Position numbers and translations under genes: made by a program
Shown here: positions 11,261-24,811 of the stretch, one piece after another
How the letters are laid out: each line of letters begins with the position of its first letter
Numbering within the stretch: position 1 is the stretch's first letter
DNA from: Balanoglossus misakiensis
Taxonomy: Eukaryota > Animalia > Hemichordata
Assembly: GCA_040954595.2 (NCBI GenBank)
Contig: CM082588.2
Location: 2,936,513-3,000,512, forward strand
Reading direction: 5' to 3'
DNA: 64,000 bases
Notes under the pieces: generated by a model
Seen by the model: only the letters and a program-made list of their open reading frames with translations
Database searches by the model: none
Told to the model about the DNA's origin: nothing

Positions 11261-14200
11261 AAACCGAACAGAAGAATTGATTACCACTGTTACATCGGAG
11301 TCATCCTTATGTTAAACAGAATTCGTTGCTAGTGTGACATGACACAAGGACAACTTTAGTACAAGTACAGTTATGATTTCAAAGTCTTGTTGCCTGCGGG
11401 TAACTTTTCAACAGTATTCGATATAACCTAGTTTTTGACAATCCTTATCACGATGAAAAAGCATTAAAAAGACAAACGACGTGCACAGCGTCTGGACTAT
11501 GAAGTAATTCCCGATCTGCCAAATATAGAAAGCACATGTTCTAATTTTTTTGGCAAGAATTCATCACAAAGCCAATTTCACTCTAACACTTCCTCATAAA
11601 GTACTATGACAAATTAACCACTTCGATCGCACGAGGGCGCTATAAGAAACTAGCATCTTGACTTGGGGCTTCTGGGTTTACTTATCAAACGAGATTCCCA
11701 TGTAAATACCATGTTTGTACAATGTATACTCTATAGATAAATATATTGACATTTTTTCAAATAAAACAGTCTTTCAATTTCTTGATATCTACGCTACAGT
11801 TCCTGAACTTTGCTTTCTCGAAACATCCGAAAATTCACCAACCGAACAAAGTCTACATCTACAAGGCACCAATTCTGAAGTGGAGTAATTTTCGGGCAAA
11901 CAATCAAAACTCACGGCAAACGGCCACAGTCAATACATGTTAATCACTCTTTGTTCACGGGGGCTGAACTAACAACCACTGAATTAAATCATAACAATAG
12001 GATGCATATGTAATTACAGTGTAAACCCAAAAAGCTTCGCATATGGTGATCGCATACACAGACGTCATAAGCGACTTGCGTATACATCCTGCGACACTCT
12101 CTCCGTAGCAGTCGCTTGCATGTCAATGTGGAAGGGACTTTGTGCAACGGTGGCGATGTTATCATACAATCCTTGAAATTGCAGTGGTAACATTTTCACC
12201 GCGAGAACTCGAGTGGGAGGCATGAGACTGACATTGGTGAGATTGGAAGAATGTGAATGTTTGGTCCCGGAATTACCACAGGGGTGAAACTGCAACACAG
12301 CGTAAGTATACATGAGTTCCCTGCATTATTTCAACGAGCATACTTTCTACTTTTTAGCAACCATTCCGCCAAGTTTTTTTTTTCAACCAGCCTTGGTTGC
12401 CATCGATGGTTGATAGAAAAGTCGACATTGTGACAGGGTGGTACTATTTAACGACGCCAAATTGGTAAACGGGCGCCGTGGTATTTGTGTCAGGGGCAGG
12501 CATTCGCTTTCAACTTAGGTAGTACGTAGGCGTAAATAGTGTGTGTCGAAGTTGACGACAACTGGAAGGCCTATCGGGTTACATTGACGGGAGTGCCTGC
12601 AAATCTGGCAACAGTTGCAGTGGACATATGTAAAGTGCATGACTTTTAACGATTTCTAGAACGTGTGTTTGTCCATTTATTCAACTCGGATAGCTGCATG
12701 TTAGCCTACACAGCACATCATCTGGAACCCGTGTCCAATATTTTGAGGTGAGTCACTTCGTCACGCATGTGTTACTTCCTATAGCTAGAGAAGTGCGTCC
12801 TGAGCGATTGCTTACACATTTCTTTCCATGACTTCCCTAAATTTGTTAAAATGACCGATTTCGGAATTGAATTCTGTGGGATTAGTTTGGACAATCCATA
12901 GTGTTTTTTGGTGTCGATTTCAGTTACGTCACCATGGATGAGCTGAATATTGTAAAAGACTATTGTACGATGAAATGACAATAAGCTTAAGCATAACCAG
13001 AGGGACTGTGGCATAATTGACAGATTTTGCTTTACATTGGGTTAAAGTTCGTCGTGGCAGAACAGTCCAATAACGGTGGACCTTACCAAACAAGAACATA
13101 TGGAGCTTGTGGTCCGCAACTGATGGGAGTCAATGACGTCACCACAATGCGGTAGGCTAGACAACCTATCGCTCAGATATTAAACGCAATTAAATACCAG
13201 AGCACCAACATCGCTTTCAAGTGACCAAATTTACCAAGGGAAATTGGGAAATGAACGTGCTAGAGCAAATGTCTGTGCGGCAAGTGTTGACTCAAAGCGG
13301 TCAGGCTATTGAGTAAATTTGCTTCGATTTGAAAGTCAAACACATGTGAAAAGGCGGAGTGGCTACTCAAGGTGCAGTAACAATGTGGTCGAGTAGAGAC
13401 TCGAATGCTTTCGTCTATCTCTCTCTATTTGAATCAGTGACCCCGCAAACCGACAGACAGAACAACTTACTGTTAATGGCAAGATAAATTTCAGTAAGTG
13501 GATAAAATAATTGCACTTTAATTATAAAATGCACGAAAACACGTTCACATGAATACATGGTGATTGGTCGAAGTCGACTTTTCATGGAGGGGCCACAGGG
13601 CACACGTAGGATTTAGGTAACTCTGGGGGACCGTCCATTGCGGTGAAATATTCAAACTTGCCCATCGATCCACACAAACGGTGATGACTCGGCGACCTTG
13701 GCAGTGGGACTTTTGTCCGGAGCTGCACGGCCTCAGGTCATCGAGGTCACCACACTCAGAGAACAAGATAATAAACAGACTGATGGAGGGCTTGTTTGAC
13801 AAGCATCACATCAACAGAACAGTTTTTTGCAATGAATGATGCTCAGTAGAGGCATGATTCATGTCGGCAACTGTAGCAAATAATTCACGGTACCATTCCA
13901 AGCCTTGTCAAAAAAAAAACGACCCAAGAGCAACGGATCTGCCCGTGGCATTGCGACAGATCTTGACCATGCTCGTAAACCTGTCAAGGTTGACAACTCG
14001 AAGTGCTTGCCAGGTGCTTTAGAGTTGTCAAGACGACAATTGGCTGCGGTTGGTACCAATGGACGACGGTCTAGGACAGAGTTGGTGGATCACATCAGAC
14101 AGTTTTGTTTGGAAACCCAGGACTGTCTGGACGATTTGGAGAGGATAATTAATATATAAGTCGGTTTTGCGGCGCAGAGTGGCATCTTTCATGTAGAGGT

Positions 14201-14946
14201 CTAGCAAATCTCCCGAGCTTTTTATGAGGGGGTGTGTGATGGTATGCGAAACACATATGTTATTCAGTATTAACTTATTGCTTTGTTCATCCAACTGTGA
14301 GTGTCATGAACTCAGGTTAGTGGCCATGGGGTTATGTAACATAAACATCTTCTTCATTTCTGGCGAAACCAAATTGAAGCACTGAAACAGTGTCGAAGTG
14401 ACTAAGCTTGCAAATTCATTAGATAACCCATTACGTGATATTACCTAGGTATATTTGTGGATATTTTAATAAACCCAAACGATTAAGAATCTAATTTGCC
14501 CATTCGCATTAAAATAGGCAGACATGTCGGTCGTTGTCTGCACCATTGTCTAACATTAAATGCCTGAATAAATGAATATTCAACTGGCTAACGAATTTGT
14601 AAATAAAGCAAGGTTATTAAAATCCGAATCGACCAATCAATCAATTAGTCAGGCTGTCACACAAAGCAGTTCTTTACCTGGAACACATAGCCAAGAAATC
14701 ATAAAATAGTATTTAGGTAACAGAGAAAACGAGACGATGTTTAAATATGACGCCATTGAAGGGATCATTTTGTGCCATATGTAGTGCGCCATTAAATTAA
14801 TGTATCGACGGCCATTTGCATGTTTTATTTGATGAAAACATATTGAACACTTCAGGGCAAAACACCTATCGGTTATAAGACTCATGACTCAGTTTTACTT
14901 ACATGGCGACGGATAATTCTCACTAACAAGAGGGCGTTCAAGTAGC

Positions 14947-14960
14947 GTATCCATAGCAAC
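14947..14960 (+). promoter_or_regulatory. Candidate RFX X-box upstream of adhesion GPCR 1
   Basis: GTATCCATAGCAAC fits the consensus GTHNYY-AT-RRNAAC; a second half-site CCATAGCAAC lies at 15301-15310. Confidence 0.35.
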
Positions 14961-15523
14961 GGGACCAAGCGGCAATAAAGTATCATTTTGTATATCACAA
15001 ATATTACAGTGTTATTAAAAATACAACCGTCTGAAGTACGACGTGTTAATTTTTTACATCTGCAACAACATGATAATATTGATAACGTAGCTTATATTTA
15101 ATCCAAGGTAACTTGGAAATTTTTGCAGCAAATACAATGATTTAATCTCTCTCTCTCCCTCTCTTCTCTATCTCGCTTTCCTCCCGCGACTTCCTACCTG
15201 TAGGCCTTTAAAGTCAAGGAAAATTGGAAGGGAAAGTCTTAAGCACGCAACGTTTCTGTCAGACGGGCTGTCTGTAAGATCAACCTGAAATATTTCCCTC
15301 CCATAGCAACCGACAGGATATAGCATCTTTCAGTTTAACCGGATACGGAAACGCTCGAAGGTTACAGAAGGGAAGGTTTTCAACCATACGTTATTTTAGA
15401 GGGGATCTACGTCAAAATAAAGAAATTAATTTCAAGGTGGAACGACGTGCTGATTGGTGGTAGAACAACAACTTTACAAAATTGCCTCGGAATAACAAGT
15501 TGCTTTTGACTTCGTACCCAACA

Positions 15524-18500
15524 ATGGCAACGTTAGTAAACCTGGAAAGAGGATTCGTCGTGACTGTAATCGTTTTACTAAATCTCGCGACTTCTCGCGT
15601 GCTTGGAGAGTGCCCTGTAGAACTGGAAGTCGAAAATTGTGCTTGCGAAAGCCTGCAGAACGGACTGCATATTACATGTGGTGGAACTGAAGCACAGCTG
15701 GACAGATTTCCAAGTAATTTACCACAAAACACAGTGATTCTGTGAGTAAGCACTTTCTTATGATCTTTATGACTTTTAAAAAAATAAATTAATTGCTGCA
15801 ATAATTCATCAGAAAAAAATATGTTTTCTCTGGTTTTATTTCAGGGATTTATCACATAACAGAATACAAAAATTAGAAATCACAAATCTACTGCCGTTGG
15901 AAAATCTGAGGACACTGTAAGTATATTGTATATACTGAGGCCCCGCACTTGCAAGGGATACTTAGTCTTCTATTACGTCAAGTGGCACTTCGGGGCGCTT
16001 TTGACTTGGCGGCGAAAAGGTTTATGGGAAGGATGGAAAAAGCGAAACAAACTGCGTGATTTGAGATCAAGAAAAAACCCTTCCCGATGTGTACATCAGT
16101 GTTTCTGACGTTGTATTAATCACTAGTGTTTTTGTCTCTTCATCCCTGATCCACGGGGCAACGTTGTCATGAATAATAGCCGCTTATTGGCATATACTAT
16201 CAATAAAAGAATCACTGCACACATTATTCGTTTCATCCAACATCTGTGACGTGCACCAGATTCGACAGACACGCGAAATTTGATTTAAGTTTATTTGCAG
16301 AAATATGGTTTTGTGTCAGTTTGTAAATATGATTTTAAACTTACCGGCATCGGTGATTAAACACGGTTTGAGCGAGAAAACCAATAACATATCACTATAC
16401 ATTACATAAGCACTTGAAAAGTAACACGTGCCTCAGCTGTTTGGCGTTTATCCTATGTGGGGACCAAAACGATAACCTGCATATACGACCATACTGTACT
16501 TAATGAACGAAATTGTGAAATCTGGTGATTCATGGATGACCCAATTTATTGTATTCAGCGCACAGATTTTTTAAGAATGATATATTCCGCATCATATTTC
16601 ACAGCGAATTTCACCATTTTATATTGTTACGAGATTAAAAACGATAAATAAATCATTTTTTGAAGTTGTTTAATCCGATAGAGGAAAATGATTAATAAAA
16701 TTAATAACGGTAGAGATAAAGTTACTGGCCGATCAATAGTCCCACAGGCAAACTTGCGAATTTCGCCACTGTACTCTGTAAACTATGCCTGTCTTTTTCT
16801 CTTAGCAAACTCGAGGGCAACCCACTTTTGTGCGACTGCAAACTGCGATGGCTTCACGACGTTGCTTGGAACCGCGTCAAAAGATTTGAAAATCTCACCG
16901 TGACAGGGGCTGGGTGTTACCAGAGAGAGGCGGAGAACTTACAACCACTGAGGGAACGATCACGCGAAGATTTTATATGCTCAGGTAATATTTATAGATG
17001 CTAAAATTCGCAAGGATTTGCTTTCAAAATTTCGATAATTACTTTCATTTTTGCCTGCCTGCCTGTCTGCCACGCTGAAATTAATCTTGGGTTCAACCAT
17101 AGGGCAACGTACAGATATCGTGATACTATTCACATCGTGTCATATTGGTATTTATATCTTACAGGAGTTAGTTGTTACGAATGTAACCCTGGAAGCGCTA
17201 AGACGTTTGAGGATTGTCTAGTTCCAACATACTGTGAATCAGGCGTGAGTATATATTAACGAAAAAGATACAAGTGAAATGATATAGTGCACCACCGTTG
17301 AGGGCACACAAAACCAACATCACGTGGAATAGGAAATTTCCCAATGATACAAATCTCTCTCGTTATCAACAGCACATTGCAGGAATTGACTACATGTGTC
17401 TGACTGATGTCACCCGGCAAACCACTGGAACTTATCTCAACAAGGGTTGTGTGTCGGCGACGGAGTGCGCCTCTCTGTCTAACTTTACACACTGTGCGAG
17501 GGTACTGGATCAAAGCGACACTGACGATGTCACGTGTACCTACTGTTGTGCGGGGTCTCTCTGCAACCTGTTTTCGCCTCTGGACATGACGTCTACCCCA
17601 GTGGTTCGTCCTCATACAGGTACGTTGGGTACAAAATATTTCGGGGCCATCGGATCATTTGGATAAAGAATCATATAGTTATGGACTGTCGTGTTATGAG
17701 TATTTATTTCTCGTCCCTTCAGATGCCCCTTCAACACCAATTGTGTTGACTACACCAAGACCAACTATTACACCGCACTGCAGTGCCGAAAGTACTGTTG
17801 ATGACAAGGGTCGCATCGAGTGGCCAGACACCGTTGCCAATCAAACCATCAACAAACCATGCCCATACGGCGAGAAAAGGAACACCATGGCAAGACGGAA
17901 ATGGTAATTACACATGTTTATAACAATTGAAATTTAAAAAATGCAGAGTGTGTTTTAATTGTCGTTTGTCTGTCAAAGAGGAACGTTACTCTTTCTGCTT
18001 CTACCATATTCTCTATTAGTTCACAAACTGGAGCTTGCCTAAATTAGTCTTGTTTTGTTTTCACTTTCCTGATACATATAGTTTGCAGACAGTGGATGCT
18101 TCTGGCGATCGCGTTCCTGCATGGGGACGACCTGACACCAGTGGCTGTCGTTATGAGAGTCCCGTTACGAATGACCTGGAGCAATTGGCCAACTCAACTT
18201 TACTACCTGGTAAGTGCCCACATCAAAATAATACACGAGTGTAATATTGCAATAAAGTCATTCTTTTGAAACTGTAAAGTGGGTAGTCTTTGTACATACA
18301 AGAATATTACTGTCTGCTATGCATGTATGCCATTATTAAACCTCTTCTTTCGGTGTCTTGACCTCAGAGTCCACAACGTTGGCATCGCAGGCGCTGGCCA
18401 ATTTATCAAGCGAGGCCGAGGTCTTCACGGAGACGGACGTCAATTTCTCAGTCACCGTGATCGAAAACATCCTATCGGTGTCCGGCAACAGAACGAGCGC

Positions 18501-21500
18501 CGAAACAGCCAGCAACCTGCTCGAGTCTCTTGACAATTTATTGGCCGTCAACACAGATGTCCTGATTGCCAGTCAGGCCAATGAACAGAGCGCTTCCAGG
18601 TATGGTGAACCCCGATTGGCTGTTCTCTGAGTCATGCGCAGTACCAAATTTAAAATCCTAAACTACAGAAAACAGGCTAATATGCATCATGGTCACTGTA
18701 AGGTTTGAAAACGCCCATGCAAATGTTAACATATAACTGGTTTCTATTCCAGATTGATCAAATCGGTTGAAAAACTGTCCGCGATTGTCGAAATTGATGA
18801 CGATGGCTCGGTCACCTTGGAAGTGGACAACATTTTTGTTACAGCCGCCATGATAAACAGTAGCACGTACGATGGAATGACGTTCAGCGTTTCATCCGCA
18901 GATGATTCGGCTGATAAGGTGAGGTATAAGATGCTAATTTTGCATTATGGTTTAATGAGGATTTTTTATGGAGGAGGGGTCATAACTCAGGATCGCTCTC
19001 CATGGACCTGTTCTTACAACTAGGGCTACTCTGTACCCATTTTCAGAGTTCGCTCTCCAGAGGGGGTTCGTCTAATCTACCGAGAGATACTGTCGAGTCA
19101 TCAATTTCGTTACCTGCTTCAGTACTGGAAGGCATCGACCAATCACAAGCAAGGCGAGCCCAGTTCATAGCCTATAGCGACACCAGTTTCTTCAAGGTAA
19201 TAATCTCTATTCACTGAACAACGTGATTACAAGGTGTATAACCACATCATAAAGAAGACACGATCAAGAACTAAAGTCTAGAAATAATTCCCGTGTCTCT
19301 CGTGACGTCAATCTTAGACAGCTTAAAAAGACAATACAACCGAATAATACAACATTATTTTTGTATTTTTGTGTATAGGCATGTGATGCAGAAGCATCAG
19401 GCACGAAGTTGCCCAGAGAGGGCACTGTAACCCTGGACCCTGGCTCTATCTTCAGTGACGTTCTGAACACTCCCGTCATTGCTGCCAGCATTGGTGATTT
19501 GCGAATCACAAACTTGAGGGAACCAGTTGAGATTGTACTGGCAAAGCAATATGAGGCAAGTGTCGATTCGTGAAATTATTTAGAGACAGTTTTCTTTAAG
19601 TGACATGTCCGTGGTATCTTTCGGGAAATGAACTCCATGTTTCTTGCTGATTTTACACGTAGAACATTTTGTTATACCATTACTCTTCCGATTGTGATTT
19701 TTTAAAGCATCAATACAAGATCTCTAAATGATCTTTATAATTCAAATTATAGAATTCCAGCAATCCAGATTGTGTTTATTGGGATTTTGCATTAAATGGT
19801 GAGTAATGACTATCATCAGCGACTCCAGGCAATTCTCCATCTTTGTGTCAAGTTCAATGTACATGTATACTGAATTGCAAGAGGCGTTATCTCTACCACC
19901 CCTTTGTTGATCCCTAACTTGACATTCCCTGCTTTCAGGTGGAGACGGTGGGTGGTCGAGTGAAGGCTGTACTCCGTCTGACAGGTATGAGGACTCGGAC
20001 AACACGACCATTTGTGAGTGCAGCCATCTGACCAACTTTGCAGTTCTTATGGTTAGTAGAACACGTATGAGTGGATTTACACTGTACAGTTTTTTGTAAC
20101 ATTTTAAATTCTGCACAACGACACAGTATTGAGTTAACTATCCAGAAATCAAAAATAGTTGCTACACTACATGTTTACATTACATGATATTTACCTCATC
20201 TGACTTCTCAATTATCTATTATGTGTTCTGTCTGCCAGGATATTTATGGTACAAGTGGTAACATTAGCGTACCCAATCAGAGGGCGCTGTCTGTTATATC
20301 TTACATCGGCTGTGGCATATCTCTGTTTGGTCTTTTGATGACAATTATCACGTATCTAGTGTTAAGGTACGTAGCTGTCAATCAAGACAACCTTTTCATT
20401 ACTTTGCTGATTTTTTTGGATGTATCACTATTATATTTTGATCATGAAATGCCACTGAATATATATGTTTACTTTCCACACCCAAGACCGCCCCATACGC
20501 GGGAATCAGCGGATACCGACGTTAATTCGAGGTATTGTTACCATGGCAATAAGTCAGTGTGTTTTAACTGATTGTCTCCCCCAGGAGGACGATTATTATC
20601 GTCTGTTGCGCATGCTCGTCGTAATGTCATGTTGTATAATTGCATCATGGTCATAGTATGCATTCTGGTTACTAGTATCTACGCGCATCATCTACATTGT
20701 ATGCATGGCTCATGAGCTTTGTAAAATGGATATTGACATAATTAGGGTTGTATTGCTTAGATTGTGGCCGTCAGTGAACTAGTAAATATTGTATGCTGTT
20801 GTTCTTTGTCCCTTGATGACGTTTAAGTAACTGAGGTCGGTATCAGTATATGTATCTGTGGACAATCTGAACGTATATGGCGCTGTTATGTCAACATTGA
20901 ACAAACAAGGGTCGATCACGGATGTAGAAAAACACTTTTTCTTACTTTATAAACATTGTCGATGAGAAACAGTGAATGGTCGCACTTTATGAGAACAAAA
21001 CAGGCCTCAAATACATTAGTGTTTCTGAACTAATTATAGGCCAATGGCAGTTGCTAACAGCATTATTTATCTCCTATAGGTTTGATTAACGCAAGCTGTG
21101 TTCAATATTTAGGGTGTACTAATAAATGAACTAAAGTAAAATATTAAAAACAGAATTGCCGCGAAGGACTCGTTTGAAAACAAATTCGGTATACCTGACT
21201 AAATTATATATGCCATCATGCGAATGCAGCGATGTTTGGTATTACAATATCACTAAGGTTTTCTTCTGTTCGTCTGGTGGTTTACATGTTCTCTTTCTCA
21301 ACAGGAATGTACGACAAAATATACCGGCCAAGATCCTTCTGAATCTATGCTTTGCGCTGTTCTTCATGTTATTGGTATTTTTGGCCGGGTCTGCCGCTTC
21401 CGAATATGCACCAACCGTCCCAGCGCTTTGTTCGACGGTGGCAGTTTTGTTACACTACTTGCTATTGGCTGTCATGTTCTGGACGGCGTTGGAAGCAGTT

Positions 21501-22840
21501 AATATGTATCTGCTGCTGGTGAAAGTTTTCAAGACGTATATAGCCCACCAGATGGTCAAGTTCTGTGTTTTCGGTTGGGGTAAGCGTTGTTGTGTTTAAA
21601 AATGAACTTAACCGAGATTTTTTAATGATCCAGTCAGAGAAACTTTGTATTACCCCCAAAAGCCTGGATTGAAACTATAAATTTGACGTTCATTGCCTTC
21701 ACTAGGTGTGCCACTAGTCATCGTTGCCATAACACTAGGAATAAACTTGGATCACTATGGATATCACAATAACATGTAAGTGACATGGATATATTTGAAT
21801 ATTTACAGATTTCGATATTTTTCCAATATCGATTATAGTAGATGATGCACATATCAATTTTAGCAGTTTAGCAATATTAACAGTGAAGTATTTTGACGGT
21901 TTTCTGTGTTTCTTTCTTTTCTGAAACAGTTGCTGGCTGTCAAGATACGCATTCTATTTCGGATTCTTGCTTCCGATCGGGCTCATCCTCATCTTCAACT
22001 CCGTCGTCTACGCTCTGGTTCTGCACCAGATTTGCGGGCTGAATTCCAAGAAACTCACCAAGACCGAGCGCTACAATGCCGTGGCGCAGCTGAAAGCCGC
22101 CATGAGCCTGATGGTGCTGCTCGGTCTCACGTGGGCGCTGGCCGTGTTCGCCATCAACGAGGCCAGTTTGGTGGTGAACTATTTATTTGCAATATTCAAC
22201 TCGCTGCAAGGACTGTTTATATTTGTTTTCCACTGCGCAATGAAGGTGGACGTGCGTAAACAGTGGAGGAGGGCGTTTTGTCCTTGCTGCAGAGAGGCCG
22301 ACGATTCGTCAGGTATGCTTTTTGTGTGGACAAGTCTATATGAGGCATATGTCGTGCTTGTAATATTCAGTGACAATTATTTACATTATGTGACAATGTG
22401 CCGCGATTCACACTTTGTTTCCACATTAATTATTGGTTGATTGTGTCATAAACACCGTCAGAGATCTTTTCATTTGCGTATTCAAACTGTCAGAGGTGCA
22501 AATAAATGGCCAATTGTAAGACAATCAAATCAGGTACGCTAATTTGTCACTGGTCTTAATTTTCTAGGATCTTCGTCAACGGCCAGAAAGTATAAAGCAG
22601 ACAAGGCCAAGCTCAAACAAGGCAAGTATAGACAAGTTGAAATTGCCAACATATAATATGGGTCAAAGTAAGTAACACACCAGAAATACTGTTTTCACTC
22701 GCTGTAATTGGTATTCTGAATTCATTTTTAAAAAGGCACAAAATAAATACAATCTTTTTTTCCTAGATTCTGGATCAACGGGAACAACAGGAAACAATGG
22801 CTCTGAAAATAGGGCAGCGAATTCGTCATCTCGGATGTGA
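15524..22840 (+). CDS. Adhesion GPCR 1: SP-LRRNT-LRR-LRRCT-Ly6/uPAR (three-finger)-Pro/Thr linker-HRM-GAIN/GPS-7TM (ADGRG2/4/6-like 7TM); 19 coding exons
   Basis: Phase-consistent exons: 15524-15741, 15845-15916, 16806-16984, 17165-17244, 17373-17619, 17723-17903, 18082-18209, 18368-18599, 18753-18918, 19047-19196, 19379-19555, 19753-19798, 19939-20051, 20239-20366, 21305-21579, 21706-21775, 21930-22312, 22568-22621, 22767-22840. Motifs: DLSHNRIQKL, GNPLLCDCKLRWL, SCYEC...KGC...CCAGSLCN, CVYWDF...WSSEGC...CECSHL|TNFAVLM, LHYLLLAVMFWTALEAVNMYLLLVKVF, FNSLQGLFIFVFHC. Confidence 0.93.
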
Positions 22841-24811
22841 ACCCACAACACAGTCGACGTGTTTAGGAAGACATGTGGAGATATAGAGACCAGACTATAT
22901 AAGGCCGGACAAGGAAGATATCATGTGAACTGAATGAACGCATCATGTCCGATGACTTGGATGAGTTGTGTGGACAAACCACGCTGTTGCATCCGTACTG
23001 CTCAAGTGATTTGAACTTACACTGTCATAAATAAGTCCCTCTGTGTATCCATGCTTTGCTTTTGTAAGTCGTTTTCGAATTTTTGATTGATAGAATAAAA
23101 TGACAGAAACAGTAAGGGAGCGTGTTTTGTGGTCATAGACTACTGTTGTGGTTAACGAATTGTGTGATGAGTTAGTCCTTAGCTACTGATGGAATGTGCT
23201 GATGACACTGACAGTCGAGAAAGTCGCTAATGGGAGCCGTGGGATCACGTGATTCATATTATATGGAGCCAGATGTGATCATAGATTACAACATATCTTA
23301 ACCGGCGGCATATCCGGTTTCCCACTGACCTAATAATAGTATTGCGGGAAATGCCGTCTAAGCTACAACCCTCATCGGATCCTAACAGAACGGCTAGGTT
23401 GATCTGGTACAGATAATATGGGGGAGGGGGTTCTGGCCCTTGCAACGCCTAACAAGCGTACGACAGCCAATCAACAATTCTACCGTATACAAATAAAACA
23501 AACATAACCAAAAGGACACTCTACATGCGATGTAAATTTTAGAAAACAAATTAAATACGTCCTTCACTACTCGCAATGCAAAGCACTTTCTGACCTTTAA
23601 CCTACTTTCTCATAAAGACACGTTATCTCTTCTCACAGGGTAAGTTTGATATTTGAGAATTATTATCCATGGTCGAGGCTGCGGTTCGTCTCTATGGAAC
23701 TCCGGCGACATGTCGTTATAAACGCCATGTTATTCAAACAATGGCATATCAATTGACAGATTAAATATTTTAGAAGGACAATTACTGACCACACCCAGAC
23801 CACATTAAGGAAAAAAATGTATTTATGTATGTGGTCGCATTATTAATTATATACGAATGATGATGAGATTCCAACCATGTGGAATCCTGCGTCATCTTTT
23901 ATAAATCATCGCTAGCTGAACCTATTCCTGACATAGTTCTTTTCTTTAACGAGATTCACTAATGCGGTATGGCCACATCGTTTCAATCGATTAAAATTGC
24001 CGCACGGAGTCATATATCTGAACTATTCACATCGAAATTCTTGACTAACTTTCACCGATTTACCCTGGGGAGTATATTGTCCTGGTCGCATCGATGTTAT
24101 TATTTACACGCCACTAAACTGCTGTTTGTGAAAACCGAGATCAATGCAAATTATCGAGGTCAATCATATGATTTACACTCAAACATTTGATTGATATTAA
24201 CCCCGGAATATTAACATAACACGTGATTCATTAAAATTTCCTCGGGGAACATCCAAGCCGGTCTAGACAACACGTGCCCACGAACATTTATTGTTTCGGA
24301 TATTAGTCTGAACTTGAATTAACCCAATATTATATTGGATAAGTCTTGTGATATTATTTTGACGAGCTCGGACTATATTTAGCATTTCCGCGAATCGTTG
24401 GGGGTCGGTAGTTAGCAGTTGTCCGCCCCAGACAGAGTTCGTGGCCTCTCTGCATACGTCGTCTGGATACAAACGTTCGCACATGTTGGGTGACGGCGAT
24501 CGCGTATGGTGCACGCCCAACTGCCATTAAGGATCGATGTGGTCTCGATTGCCAAACGGCCGTGTTTTGTGAAGTGATTCTGACAATGTTGGTTTCGCCT
24601 AAGCGCTAAATCACCGGAACTGAATCATATCAAAGCCACTTTTCCACGGAACAAACATTGGAAACTTCCTACACAAGTAGGGAAAGTCTTCCAGTTTGCA
24701 GTTCCACGTTCACTGACTGACGCGCTTGGAATAGATCTCGTTACCGAAAGCTTGGAGTTGTGAGCCAGGAGACAATATCGACACAGAGATTCGCCGTGGT
24801 CGGCCAAAATC

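Noticed and set aside
13545-14160. ORFs at 13545-13802 and 13905-14159, and a GGPQGT peptide near 13590 resembling a LINE reverse-transcriptase motif
   Set aside because: No downstream YADD/YVDD motif, frames are interrupted and there is no splice support; possibly an old transposon remnant, but unassignable.
17241-17383. Possible GC donor (TCAG|GCGTGA) paired with the acceptor at 17382
   Set aside because: A canonical GT donor at 17245 with the acceptor at 17372 keeps the frame, so no GC donor is needed.
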